NCBI RefSeq assembly: GCF_964194025.1
Contig: NC_134475.1
Location: 64,976,001 to 65,040,000, forward strand
Direction of reading: 5' to 3'
DNA length: 64,000 bases
Source: Convolutriloba macropyga
Taxonomy: Eukaryota
Position 1 is the first letter of the stretch. Each line of letters opens with the position of its first letter. The translations under genes were made by a program, and so were the position numbers. The notes under the pieces were generated by a model. That model saw nothing but the letters and a program-made list of their open reading frames with translations, ran no database searches and had not been told where the DNA came from. Below are positions 13,376 to 25,900 of the stretch, piece after piece.

Positions 13376-13999
13376 GGTTAGTTGTCACTAAGAACGAATC
13401 TCAATCTTCATTTTGCTATGATCAAATCATTTAAAAAATATTTGCAGAGATAAATTCATCTGAGGAAAAGCCAAATCCAAAAGTTTTACCAATGAAAAGC
13501 GTCGCAGTGCAATATTAATTGAAACATTGCTTAGAACTGCTTTATAACGCTTTATGCTTACGAATCTCAAGCTTGAAAAGACCAAGTGATTTCGATAATT
13601 TCGTTTGGAATTATGAACATTTGGTTTCAGTACGTGTTTAATTATCACTGATTCCTCATCTTGCTCGTATTGCATTGAAAATCATTGTATCAAATATCAT
13701 TGTAAATCGTAACATACTGGCCTCCTTGAACTGGTCAAGGTTCAACTTTATTAAGGTTTTTTGTTTAAGCAGTCGACTTCGTTAAATAGTATTTCTCAGC
13801 AACCCATCAAAACTTATTCATACCTTCTCATAATCAATCAGTTCTTGTTTGCCAATTGTGTACTGTTGTAATTTACGTTTTCTTGCTGTCATTCCTCGTC
13901 TGTATACTCTGTTGTTCAGTCTTCATCTGTGTCATCTTCCTTGTCAGATCTTAATAATGGCAGATCTTATGTCAGATCTTATGTCAATATCGCCTTTCA

Positions 14000-15300
14000 C
14001 TGAAAAGACAAGCCTGTTGATTTGTCGAATAAATAGTCCAGATGATGTCTCAAGTTCAACAGCCTGAGCTATTTTATCATTTTATCAAAGACCTTTGTTA
14101 TTCGTCACATCGGCCACAGAGTGGTTGGTGGGTTCTCTTCCTTGATTATTACTACATCATTGATGTCAATAATTGTTTTTCTCATTTGCCAATTTTTCCG
14201 GTGCTCTAAATTTGACAAACATTCTGTTGACCACTTCATCCAAAAGTTTCTGATAACATTGTCCTCTTCTTCTGTCGTTTCAATGAAAATGTTTCTTCTC
14301 CTGTTTTTTTGGTTCAGGCAATGCTGTGATTGGTCGTCCTATCAAAATGTGTCCTGGTGTAAGTGCTAAGGAATCATTGGCATCATTTGAAATGGACGTA
14401 AGAGACCTTGAATTTAAGATTGCTCCAATACGTGTCAGAAATAATGTGAAGTCATTGAAAAACAGTTTTGTTCCTCCAAAGCTGAGGTACATGTGACCTT
14501 TCAAAGATTTGACAGCGGTTTTCCATAGTCCTCCGAATTTCCGTGTGCTTGGCGGAATAGTGAGCCAAGTAATATTGTTCTCTTTGCCGAAAGTTGATGT
14601 CAAATCTTCAAACTCGTGAGTAGCTAAGGCATGTCGAAACTCCAACTCTCCCTTGGTGCCAATTAAATTTGTCGAATTTTCGCTGTACATTTCATCAGGA
14701 ATACATCGATAAGATACCAATCCTTTAATGGCTGCAAGACAGTCGTCTTTTGTCACAGACACAACTGGCTCTATGTGAACTACCTTTGTACTGAAGCAAT
14801 TGAAAATTGCAACGTATGTTTTCAAAAGCGTTCGAGTTCCATTTTGTGTGTAGAACGGTCCACAATAGTCGAAACCACAATGACTGAAATGAGTCGTTCT
14901 CGAGGTAGATCTCCCATCTGAGGAAGGATCTTACAATTTGGGATCAAAACGGATACATTGTTTGCATCTGTATAAGACGCCTTTCACTACACAAAGTTCT
15001 CCAGGTATCCAAATAGACCGTCAAAGCGTGTATAACGTCAGCTGAGGTCTTCCGTGAAGATTTTTGTCGTGTGCTTCTCGAATTAGCGCTTCAGTGATTG
15101 GCAATTTCCTTGGAATAAGAATTGGAATTTTTTGGTCGATAGTGTAAGGTGAATTGACTGGGCGTCCTCCAAACCGAATCAACTCATTTTCTTCATCAAA
15201 AAATGTGAGAGGTTGTAGAGGTTGCTACTTCTAGGAAGTTTTTTTCTTCTGTGTCTCCTTTTAGTGGCTGCTTCATAAGCGTTAACGAAACATTTTGTTT
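14000..15300 (-). pseudogene. BEL/Pao integrase remnant (duplicated copy)
   Basis: KTYVAIFNCFSTKVVHIEPV, YSENSTN (SDNGTN-like), FGGLWKTAVKSLK, ILNSRSLT, LTPGHILIGRP; upstream H2C2-type AHDKNLHG...WIPG; frameshifts and stops. Confidence 0.9.
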
Positions 15301-15822
15301 CTCTGGTTTAAAAATTTTGTCTCATCTTTGGACTTTTTTTGGACTCTTTGGAGAATACTTCTCCCGAAACAATGATAGAAGTTTGATCAGTTGTTTTTTG
15401 AGCTACTTTAATCAGCGAGTTGTATTTGATAACTGAAACATATTCTTTAGTGTTTATGAAATCAAAATAGCAAGTGATCAACGATGTGAAGAAAAAAATT
15501 CGTATTAGTAGAAAGAACTGTTTCTGAAAACTGTTTTATTGGTGTTTTTTGTTCTAACCACAGCTGGTTTAATGAGTTATGTTTACGAAAAGACAAATTA
15601 ACTAAAAATTTCATTGCATGTTAATGCAATACTCTCATCCGAAGTTTAAAAAAGTAATAAATGATTAATCTTTGTTGAGTTCCTGAATCAGAGGACCATT
15701 TATGCATGTCACTATGGGCGCTTGAACAAGTTAGTTGATAAGCAGAATTTAATTAGTTATACTTCTTCATCTTAAGCCTGAATTAGCTCTTCAGGCACTT
15801 CTCCTGTTCTCCTATATTGTTT

Positions 15823-16639
15823 TCAATGCCACTCGCAGTGTCCATCGGGATAGCATGTGCCACCTTTTCCACACTCTTTGTCCTTGCCAGTGCACTCGGT
15901 ACACTTAAGTCTTTCAGGATGACAATGTAGTCCACCTGTAATTGAAATAGCTTCCTTTGATAGAAATGTTTGTTTTTGATAAGAAACAAATATATCATAT
16001 AACAAAGATATCATCAAAGTCCAATTTTCCCAAAAATATTAGAGAAAATTGTCAAAAAATGATATTCACCTATATCACTGCAAACATTAGTGGTTGTTGT
16101 TATGAAAGTAAAAGGGAAACTATTAATTCGGCAACATAGCTAAGACGTTGGAGCATAACGCCAATTCGATTGAGAAAATTTTAAAAATAAATCAGTGAAC
16201 TTGGGTATCACAATTTTTCAATTGAAAAAACCAACTTGACATTGTTCTAATGTTGACAAATAAAATAATATCAAAGTCTCTTCAAAATAATTAAATTTCA
16301 CTGGATCTGTTTTGTCTGACCCATAGTTTAATATTGGGTCTGTTCTCGCTGGTCTTTCCATCATTCTGCATGATTGGTCTGGATCATCTGTCCGTGATTA
16401 AAGTCTATATTACCCATCCTTCCTCAATCTATTTTTTTTATTTTTAGACAAAAATAGTTACTTTGAGAAAATCTGCAGGGATGAACATCGTCACAACCAG
16501 GCATGCAGAAACCACCGAGAACATGAAGATTGCATTTCTCGTAATAGGGACACTCCTTTGTGTGCTTGCAGTAGCCCCCCGCATCTGTTTGCTGATCAAA
16601 TATCATCAAACAAACAGCAAACAGAAGAAACCAGCTAAC
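15823..16639 (-). CDS. Secreted cysteine-rich peptide, coding exons 16639-16462 and 15935-15823 (copy 2)
   Basis: Identical to 12138-12954 shifted by 3685 bp. Confidence 0.75.
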
Positions 16640-17684
16640 CTAAACAGTCGTTGTCAAATGATAATAATTTAAAAAATGCCGAGGTTGAGGTGTCATCCAC
16701 AGGTGACCACTGATCAGACCGTGCCATACGAAAGTAACCTCTGATCAAACTATCTAAGACCAAAGTGTATACTGATCAGACTGAAATGCGCTCGAAACAC
16801 AGTGCGCTGGAGTGCGTTCGAAGTTCTCTGATCAGATCTCGTCAGACGCAAATGACCGTTGATCTAACCGAAAACAGATATTTATCAAAACTATTGTGCA
16901 ACCATAGCCTTGATCAAACCCAGAATATTGTCCAGACGGTTGTGCGCTCAAAAGTTAATCTGATCAGGCTATTATGTTCTCAAAAGCCACTCCTGGTCAG
17001 ATCCTGTGGTCGAACTCACCGCTCATCAGACGCAACTGCGCTCGAAATAGTCTGATCAGGGGTTAGTTGTCACTAAGAACGAATCTCAATCTTCATTTTG
17101 CTATGATCAAATCATTTAAAAAATATTTGCAGAGATAAATTCATCTGAGGAAAAGCCAAATCCAAAAGTTTTACCAATGAAAAGCGTCGCAGTGCAATAT
17201 TAATTGAAACATTGCTTAGAACTGCTTTATAACGCTTTATGCTTACGAATCTCAAGCTTGAAAAGACCAAGTGATTTCGATAATTTCGTTTGGAATTATG
17301 AACATTTGGTTTCAGTACGTGTTTAATTATCACTGATTCCTCATCTTGCTCGTATTGCATTGAAAATCATTGTATCAAATATCATTGTAAATCGTAACAT
17401 ACTGGCCTCCTTGAACTGGTCAAGGTTCAACTTTATTAAGGTTTTTTGTTTAAGCAGTCGACTTCGTTAAATAGTATTTCTCAGCAACCCATCAAAACTT
17501 ATTCATACCTTCTCATAATCAATCAGTTCTTGTTTGCCAATTGTGTACTGTTGTAATTTACGTTTTCTTGCTGTCATTCCTCGTCTGTATACTCTGTTGT
17601 TCAGTCTTCATCTGTGTCATCTTCCTTGTCAGATCTTAATAATGGCAGATCTTATGTCAGATCTTATGTCAATATCGCCTTTCA

Positions 17685-18990
17685 CTGAAAAGACAAGCCT
17701 GTTGATTTGTCGAATAAATAGTCCAGATGATGTCTCAAGTTCAACAGCCTGAGCTATTTTATCATTTTATCAAAGACCTTTGTTATTCGTCACATCGGCC
17801 ACAGAGTGGTTGGTGGGTTCTCTTCCTTGATTATTACTACATCATTGATGTCAATAATTGTTTTTCTCATTTGCCAATTTTTCCGGTGCTCTAAATTTGA
17901 CAAACATTCTGTTGACCACTTCATCCAAAAGTTTCTGATAACATTGTCCTCTTCTTCTGTCGTTTCAATGAAAATGTTTCTTCTCCTGTTTTTTTGGTTC
18001 AGGCAATGCTGTGATTGGTCGTCCTATCAAAATGTGTCCTGGTGTAAGTGCTAAGGAATCATTGGCATCATTTGAAATGGACGTAAGAGACCTTGAATTT
18101 AAGATTGCTCCAATACGTGTCAGAAATAATGTGAAGTCATTGAAAAACAGTTTTGTTCCTCCAAAGCTGAGGTACATGTGACCTTTCAAAGATTTGACAG
18201 CGGTTTTCCATAGTCCTCCGAATTTCCGTGTGCTTGGCGGAATAGTGAGCCAAGTAATATTGTTCTCTTTGCCGAAAGTTGATGTCAAATCTTCAAACTC
18301 GTGAGTAGCTAAGGCATGTCGAAACTCCAACTCTCCCTTGGTGCCAATTAAATTTGTCGAATTTTCGCTGTACATTTCATCAGGAATACATCGATAAGAT
18401 ACCAATCCTTTAATGGCTGCAAGACAGTCGTCTTTTGTCACAGACACAACTGGCTCTATGTGAACTACCTTTGTACTGAAGCAATTGAAAATTGCAACGT
18501 ATGTTTTCAAAAGCGTTCGAGTTCCATTTTGTGTGTAGAACGGTCCACAATAGTCGAAACCACAATGACTGAAATGAGTCGTTCTCGAGGTAGATCTCCC
18601 ATCTGAGGAAGGATCTTACAATTTGGGATCAAAACGGATACATTGTTTGCATCTGTATAAGACGCCTTTCACTACACAAAGTTCTCCAGGTATCCAAATA
18701 GACCGTCAAAGCGTGTATAACGTCAGCTGAGGTCTTCCGTGAAGATTTTTGTCGTGTGCTTCTCGAATTAGCGCTTCAGTGATTGGCAATTTCCTTGGAA
18801 TAAGAATTGGAATTTTTTGGTCGATAGTGTAAGGTGAATTGACTGGGCGTCCTCCAAACCGAATCAACTCATTTTCTTCATCAAAAAATGTGAGAGGTTG
18901 TAGAGGTTGCTACTTCTAGGAAGTTTTTTTCTTCTGTGTCTCCTTTTAGTGGCTGCTTCATAAGCGTTAACGAAACATTTTGTTTCTCTG
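17685..18990 (-). pseudogene. BEL/Pao integrase remnant
   Basis: Same motifs as 14000-15300 (ORF 17965-18510). Confidence 0.9.
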
Positions 18991-19923
18991 GTTTAAACTT
19001 TGTTGAATTGATGTACCTTTTCGCCGGAATTGTTGGTATTCAGGTCAGACACGGTGTACAGCTGATCACCAGGGCCCCGGCCCAAGTTATACCAAGGTTG
19101 ACATCACCGTTTGAGACCCCCACACCATCTACGCCTCCAACGCTGACAAGATATCTGGGCCCCCGGCCCTGCCTATACCTAGGGAATTGGTATTAGAAAC
19201 TAAACTCGCATTTTCATCTGCAACTCGGCACGGACAAGACCAGCTGGTCCACCGGCCCTACCAACACCTATGGATAGGTAGAAAAAGAGCTTGTATCTTC
19301 ATCTGCGCCACGGCGCTGACAAGAATACCTGGGCCCTTGGCCCTACCTATACCCTCAGAAGTACCAGCTGAATTTGAGCTCCAAGTTCTTTCCGAGCCCC
19401 TGGCACTGACAAAACAACCCCGGGCCTCCGACCGAACCTTAACGTTGAGGAGTATCGGTAACTAAAGAGGTCCCCGTGCTTTTGCCAATACTGGTGTTGA
19501 TGTAAGCACCTGGCCCCGGCCCTACCTATACCACCACCCCCTGCGGTCCAGTGGTTTCGTCTTCGTTACGTTGCTGAATCTCTTGTTTCTGCTGCTGTTG
19601 CTTGCATCGTCCAGTAGTCTGATTCCTGATGGTCTTGATTCATGAAGAAATTTTCGCTGTATGAAGCCGTACAGATGAAGCCATCCTTCGTATATATCTT
19701 TAAATTGAGATGAGACTGAATTATAGGTCCGGATCATTGGTTGAGACGTAGAGTCAATACTATCAGTCCTTTCGGTCGACATTGAAGAGCAGCCTTTCAT
19801 GCTTTTCGACATGTTTGTTGTCCGCTGTTTCACTTTTGAGGATTTAAATTCTTCTGTTGATGAAGCTGATGAACATTTAGACATAGGTAAATAACCTTTT
19901 AATTTTATCTATTAACAAATGAC

Positions 19924-22900
19924 GATTTATCACCAAAAAATTTGCGTTCTTATTTCGATGAAAACTTTGTCACGTTTTTAAATTGCACCTTTACTTCTTT
20001 TTCGTTCCCTTCTCGTGTAGATGACCAGATTTTAAGTGAAGTCCAAGAGTCTCCAGGTTCCGCAACTACTCTGGTCTATTCCACTAAAGCTTATGGTCCA
20101 ACAAATCAGCTGCTGCTAATCCTCTTGAAATGCAATCCGCTGGATTATCTACTGTTGGAACATATTCCCAAATACTGGCTAGAATAATTTCTTCTAATTT
20201 TCCTACTCAGTTGGAGATAAATCTTTTCCATTTCATCGGATAATCGAGTAGCCAGGCAATTGTAACCGTAGAAGTGAACACACAAAAATCTATGAAGTTG
20301 ATAATCGTTCGTCGCTAATAGCATTTGTAATTGCCTTAACAAGCTTAGCTCCTATCAGGGCAGCACAAATTCCAACCTTGGCACACAAACTGCCTTCATT
20401 TGTGCAACTCTTGTCTTTGCTGTAAACATTTTTGTTTCAATGAAGTCGTCTGTCTCTTGTCTGATGAAAACGACCGCAGCATATGCTGTAGTTGGAGCGT
20501 CCTAAAAGACGTTAATTTGAAAATCTGTATTCTTGGCTCGCTTGAGAACCCTCTTTTGAAGACTAATTTCTCCTAGATCTTTCAGTTGTGCTCGAAGTCG
20601 CAAGTACTGCTGTAGAATTGGATAGGGTAAAATTTTTTCCAGCTAAGCTTGTCCATCCACAACAGTTCAACAAAGGATTTGTGTTGAATAGTCGTTGGTG
20701 ATAGCCATCCGAGTGGGTCAAATAAGTTTGAAAATTCTGAGAGGATTTTCTGTTTAGTTCCTTGTCAAGTTTTACTTTGAAATCAAATTGATCAGGATTT
20801 CGATTCCACCTTATCCCAAGCGTCTCAATGGGATAGTTTAGGCTTTCAATTATCTTCTCGTCTTCCGTTTCTCTGAATGTAGCTGGTCCTGATATAAGAC
20901 TTGAGTCGCTAGATACCCGTATATCAAAGCATGCTGAAGCAAGAAGCGTAATAATGGCGTCCTGAAGCTTCTCTGCCGTTTTTGAATAAGTAAAACCTCT
21001 AAATAGATCATCCACAAACCTATGACAAAGGACGTTTAGTGTTTGTTGTTTCTTCGGCAAGAACTTTTAGGGGCCAAATTGAATGAAAAAACGAAGGAGC
21101 AAGGCCGTATATTACCTGCGTCATACGAATAAGTTCAATCGGCTCTGAACTTGGATCTTTCCACAATAATCGGTGATAGTTTTTGCCTACCTTCACCAAA
21201 TCTATTTGTCTGTACAGATTTGCAAAATCAGCAGGAAGTGCTACTTGATGTAGTCGAAATCGCACAAGAATGCTGAAAAGGTCTTTCTGAATTTTTTGCA
21301 CCCACCATGAGTATGTCGTTAAGAGACACTCCTGATGTCGTCTTTGCGGATCCGTTGAAAACGAACCACCAATTGGTGTTAGTGCTTGATTCTTTGAACA
21401 CACCATGATGAAACAGATTTTTCGACAGGCTTGATAAGTTCTGATGTTGGAAATTTCTCCGAGATTAAAGAACTCTCCAAATAAATCTCCGTATCTTTTC
21501 TCCGTAAAGTGGGGTTGTCTTTATAATCCTAACAGAAGACTGCGGAGTCTTTTTTTGACTGGTTGATGTGAATCTGCTAATGCTTTTGTCCCGTTCTTGA
21601 AGGAAAATTTGTATTGCTTTTTCTGCCTGTTCCCTTCCATTAACGACTCAACTGAGCATTGATAGCCTATATGATATTCCACAGTTAGGCTTCTGTTGTC
21701 GATTGTTGCAAATCATTATGTCTTCATAATGAGTTGCTCCGATCAAGAGGTCAATTGATGACAGATTGTGGAAGTCTGGGTCAGCGAGCTCCAACTCCTT
21801 TACTGTTTCCCATTGGATGGTGTCAATGAACCATGATGGCAGATTATCAGTCATTTTTGTCAAAACTAACGTTCTCATATTGACAAATGACGATCTGTTC
21901 CTTGATGAGATAAGAAGGTTTACGCGACCTCGGCTGTCTTGAACTATCCCAACTAGTCCAAAAACTTTGGTGCTGCTAATTTTCTTCTTCAATTGTAAAC
22001 GTTTTACTGCCGCTTCGATTATGATTTTGTCGTTTTAAGCTGAGTTTAGAAGTGCCCTAAGTAAAATTTTTTCGCCATGAGCATTAACTGAAACAATTGT
22101 GGTTTGATGAAAGACTTGCTCTGAAGTTCGTTGTGTCATAGCTCCTGTGAACTTGTTGTCCCCCTTCGGTTTCTCAAATGCTGTTGTTGTTGTAGCGTTG
22201 TTCTTCTGTTTGTCTTTCGCTGGAGTGCTGGTTGATCCGCTAGTTTTATGCTGAATGGCGTTTTTGTTGTTAATGATTTCACGATGAATAATAGTTTGAT
22301 GCTTTCTATTACACTGCTTGAACTTTGATCCATCGCAATCTTCTGATCTGTGTCCCGGTTGCAGACAATTGACACAGAGTTTTCTATTTTTTTAAGTGCT
22401 GCACGTTCCCTTACTGAAAGTTTCTTTAACTATCTGGATTTGAAAAATTTGTGCGTTTCTTCACAACAGTCCCATTGTTGCTCCGAAGTTGACAAATGGG
22501 TGTACAAACGCTGTGGATTCCCGTTCACATGAGTTTTTGCCGCTTCCATTCTATTTTACGCTGTTGGCTCGATTGCTTGTGCGCGTTCTTCCAAGAAAAG
22601 TCTGAGCTCTGCATACTTCTGAGGTTCCTTGCCCTCTGAAGATAGCTCCCATTGTTTTCTTGTCCCTGTATCATTGATATCAATGCCGATTTATCATCAC
22701 AAAATTTGCGTTGTCTTCTTTTGATGAAATCTTTGTCACGTTTTCGCCTATACTTCTTTTTCGGTACATTCTCGTGTAGATGACAAGATGTCAAGTGAAG
22801 TCCAAGAGTTTGCAGGTTGCCGAAACCACTTTGGTCCATTCCACCAAAGCTTCTGGTCCAACAAGTCATCTGCAGTTAATCCTCTTGACTGTTGGAACAT

Positions 22901-25900
22901 ATTCCCAAATACTGGCTGGAATAATTTCTTCTATTTTTGGTACTCAGCTAGCAGCAAATGTTTTCCATTTCATCGGATAATCGAGTATCCAGGCAATTTT
23001 AACCGTAGAATGTGACTACACAAAAACATATGAAGTTGGAAATCTTTCGTCGCTAATAGCATTCGTCACTGCCTCAGCATGCTTAAATCCTATCAGTGCA
23101 GCAGAAATCCCAACTTTGGCACACAAACCGACTCGATTTGTGGAACTTTTGCCTTTGCTGCAAGCATTTTTCTTCATTGAAGTCGTCTGTCTCCTGTCTG
23201 ATGAAAAGACGCTCAACTTTAATCTGATTTCTTGAATGGCTTGAGACTAGTTTACCCTATATCCTTTAGTTGTACTCCCAAGATCCTTCAGTCGCAGGTA
23301 CTGCTGTAGAATTGTGTCCGATAAAGTTTGATCCCATCTAAGAATGTCCACCCACAACAGTTGAACAAAGGATTTGCGTTGAATATTCGTTGGTGATAGC
23401 CATTCGAGTGGGTCAAATAAATTTGAAACTTCTGAGAGCATTTGCCGTTTCGTAAATGGAGTTCCCATGTCAAGTGCAACCAAATTGATCAGGATTTGGA
23501 TTCCACCTTATCCCAAGCGTCTCAATGGGATAGTTTAGGCTTTCAATTATTTTCTCTACTTCCGTTTCTCTGAAAGTGGCAGCTGGTCTTGATACATGTC
23601 TTGAGTTGCTAGATAACCGTATATCAAAACCTACTGAAGCAAGAAGCGTAATAATGTTGTCCTGAAGCTTCTCTGTGGCTTTTGAATCTTCGCATCCTGT
23701 AAATAGATAATCCACTTACCTATCAGTTGTTAGTGACAAACGAAGTATAGTGTTTATTTTTTCTTCGGCAAGAACTTGTACGGGGTCGAACTGAATGAAA
23801 AGACGAAGAATCAATGCCGTATGGTACTCGCCTCCTACGATAAAGTTCAATCGCGTCTGAATTTGGATCCTCCCACGGTAGTCGGTGATTTTGTCTGCCT
23901 TTACCAACTCTACTTGTCTGTATATTTTTGCAATTTCAGCAGAAAGCGCTAATTGATGTAGTCCAAATGGAACAAGAACGCTGAAAAGCTCTTTCTGAAT
24001 TTTTTGGTCCCACCTTGAGTCGTTAAGAGATACTCCAGTTGTCGTCTTTGCGGATCCGTTGAAAACTAACCTCAAATTGGAGTTAGTGCTTGACTCTTTG
24101 AAAACACAATGATGAAAAAGATAGTATTAGTTTTCGACAGGCTTTATAATTTCTGATGGGGGAACTTTTTCCATGTGTCCGAGATTAAATAACTCTCCAA
24201 TCAAAGCTGCGTATCATTGTTTATAAAAACGGGGATATCTTTCCAATCTTAACAGAAGACTGCGTAGTCGATTTTGACCGGTTGATGTGAACCTCTCAAT
24301 GCTTTTTTCTCGTTCTTGAAGGGAAGTTGGCTTGGCCTTTTCTGCCTATTCCCTTCCATTAACCACCCAACTGAACATTGATTGCCTATATGTTATTCCA
24401 CAGTTAGGCGTCTGTAGTCGATCTTTGCAAATCTTTATGTCTTCAAAAGTAGTTGCTCCGATCAAGAGGTCAATTGATGACGGCTTGTTGACGACTCTGT
24501 CCGCAAGATCCAGCTTCTTTACTGTATCCCATTGGCTGTTGTCAATGAACCATGATGGCAGATTATCAGTCATTTTTGTCATATTTGACGCTCTAATTTT
24601 GACAACTGACGATCTGTTACTTGATGAGATAAAATGGTTCTTGCGACCTCGGTTGTCTCGAACTATCCTCCCTAGTCCAAAAAATTTTGTTTTGCTTCTT
24701 TTCTTCTTCAATTGTAAGCGTTTTGCTGCTGCTCCGGTTATAATCTTGTTTTGTTAAGATGAGTCTAGAAGTTCCCTAAGTAAAATTTTTTCGCCATGAA
24801 CATTAACGGAAACAATTGCTGTTTGAAGAAAGACTTATTCTGAAGTTCGTTCTGTCACAGCTCCTGTGAACTTATTCTTCGATTTTGCAATTGCTGTTGT
24901 TGTTGCTGCGTTGTTCTTCTGTTTCTTTCGCTTGAGTGCTGGTTGTTCCGATAATTGTCTGCTGACTAGTGTTTTTGTTGTTAATGTTTTCACGATGAAG
25001 AATAGCATGATGCTTTCTACCGCACTGTTTGAACTTCCATCCATTGTAATCTTCTGATCTGTATCCCGGTCGCAGACAATTGAAACAGAGTTTTCTAACT
25101 TTTATCAGCTCTGCAAATTCGCTTACTGTAAGTTTCTTGAACTATCCGAATTTCAAAAATTTGTGCGTTTCTTCACAACATTCGCATTGTTGCTCGAAAG
25201 TTGCCAAATGTGTAGCTTCTTCATAGTTGAAACGTCGTGGGTTCCCGTTTACATGAGTTTTGTCGCTCCAGTTCCTTTTTCGCTGTTGCCTCGGGTGCTT
25301 GTGCGCTTTCCTCTGAAAAAAGTCTGAGCTCTGCATACTTCTGGGGATCCTTGCCCTTTGAATATGTCTACCATTGTTTTCTTGTCTCTGTATCATCGAT
25401 ATCAATGCCGATTTATCATCAAAAAAATTGCGCTGTCTTCTTTTGATGAAATCTTTGTCACGTTTTCGGATTGCACATTTACTTCTTTTGTAATCTCTTT
25501 TCGTGTAGATGACAAGATGTCAAGTGAAAGCCGAGAAGTTTCAGTTTGCCGCAACCACTCTGGTTCGTTCCAAAAAATTATGGTTCAACAAATCAGCTGC
25601 TGTTTATACTCTTGAAGTGCAATCCGCTGGATTATCTTCTGTTGGAACATATTTCCAGCTACTGACTAGAAAAATTTCTTGTTTATTTGCTACTTGGTTG
25701 GTGACAAATGTTTTCCAATTCCTCGGATAATCCTGTAGCAAAGCAATTGTTACCATAGCATCTGACCACAAAAAAAACCTTCGGAGTTCATCGCTAATGG
25801 CATTCGTCACTGCCTCACCAAGCTCAGCCCTATCAGGACAGCACAAAGTTCCAACCTTGGCACACAAACTGACTTGATTTGTGCAACCCTTGTCTTTGCT

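Larger units (their letters stand above)
11616..18997 (+). repeat. Tandem duplication, 2 x 3685 bp (11616-15300; 15301-18985), no differences seen
   Basis: ORFs repeat at +3685 with identical translations; CTCTGGTTTAAA at 11616, 15301 and 18986. Confidence 0.95.

Noticed and set aside
13400-13990. BEL 3' LTR matching 28895-29500
   Set aside because: No recognisable similarity between the two regions, so an LTR pair cannot be supported
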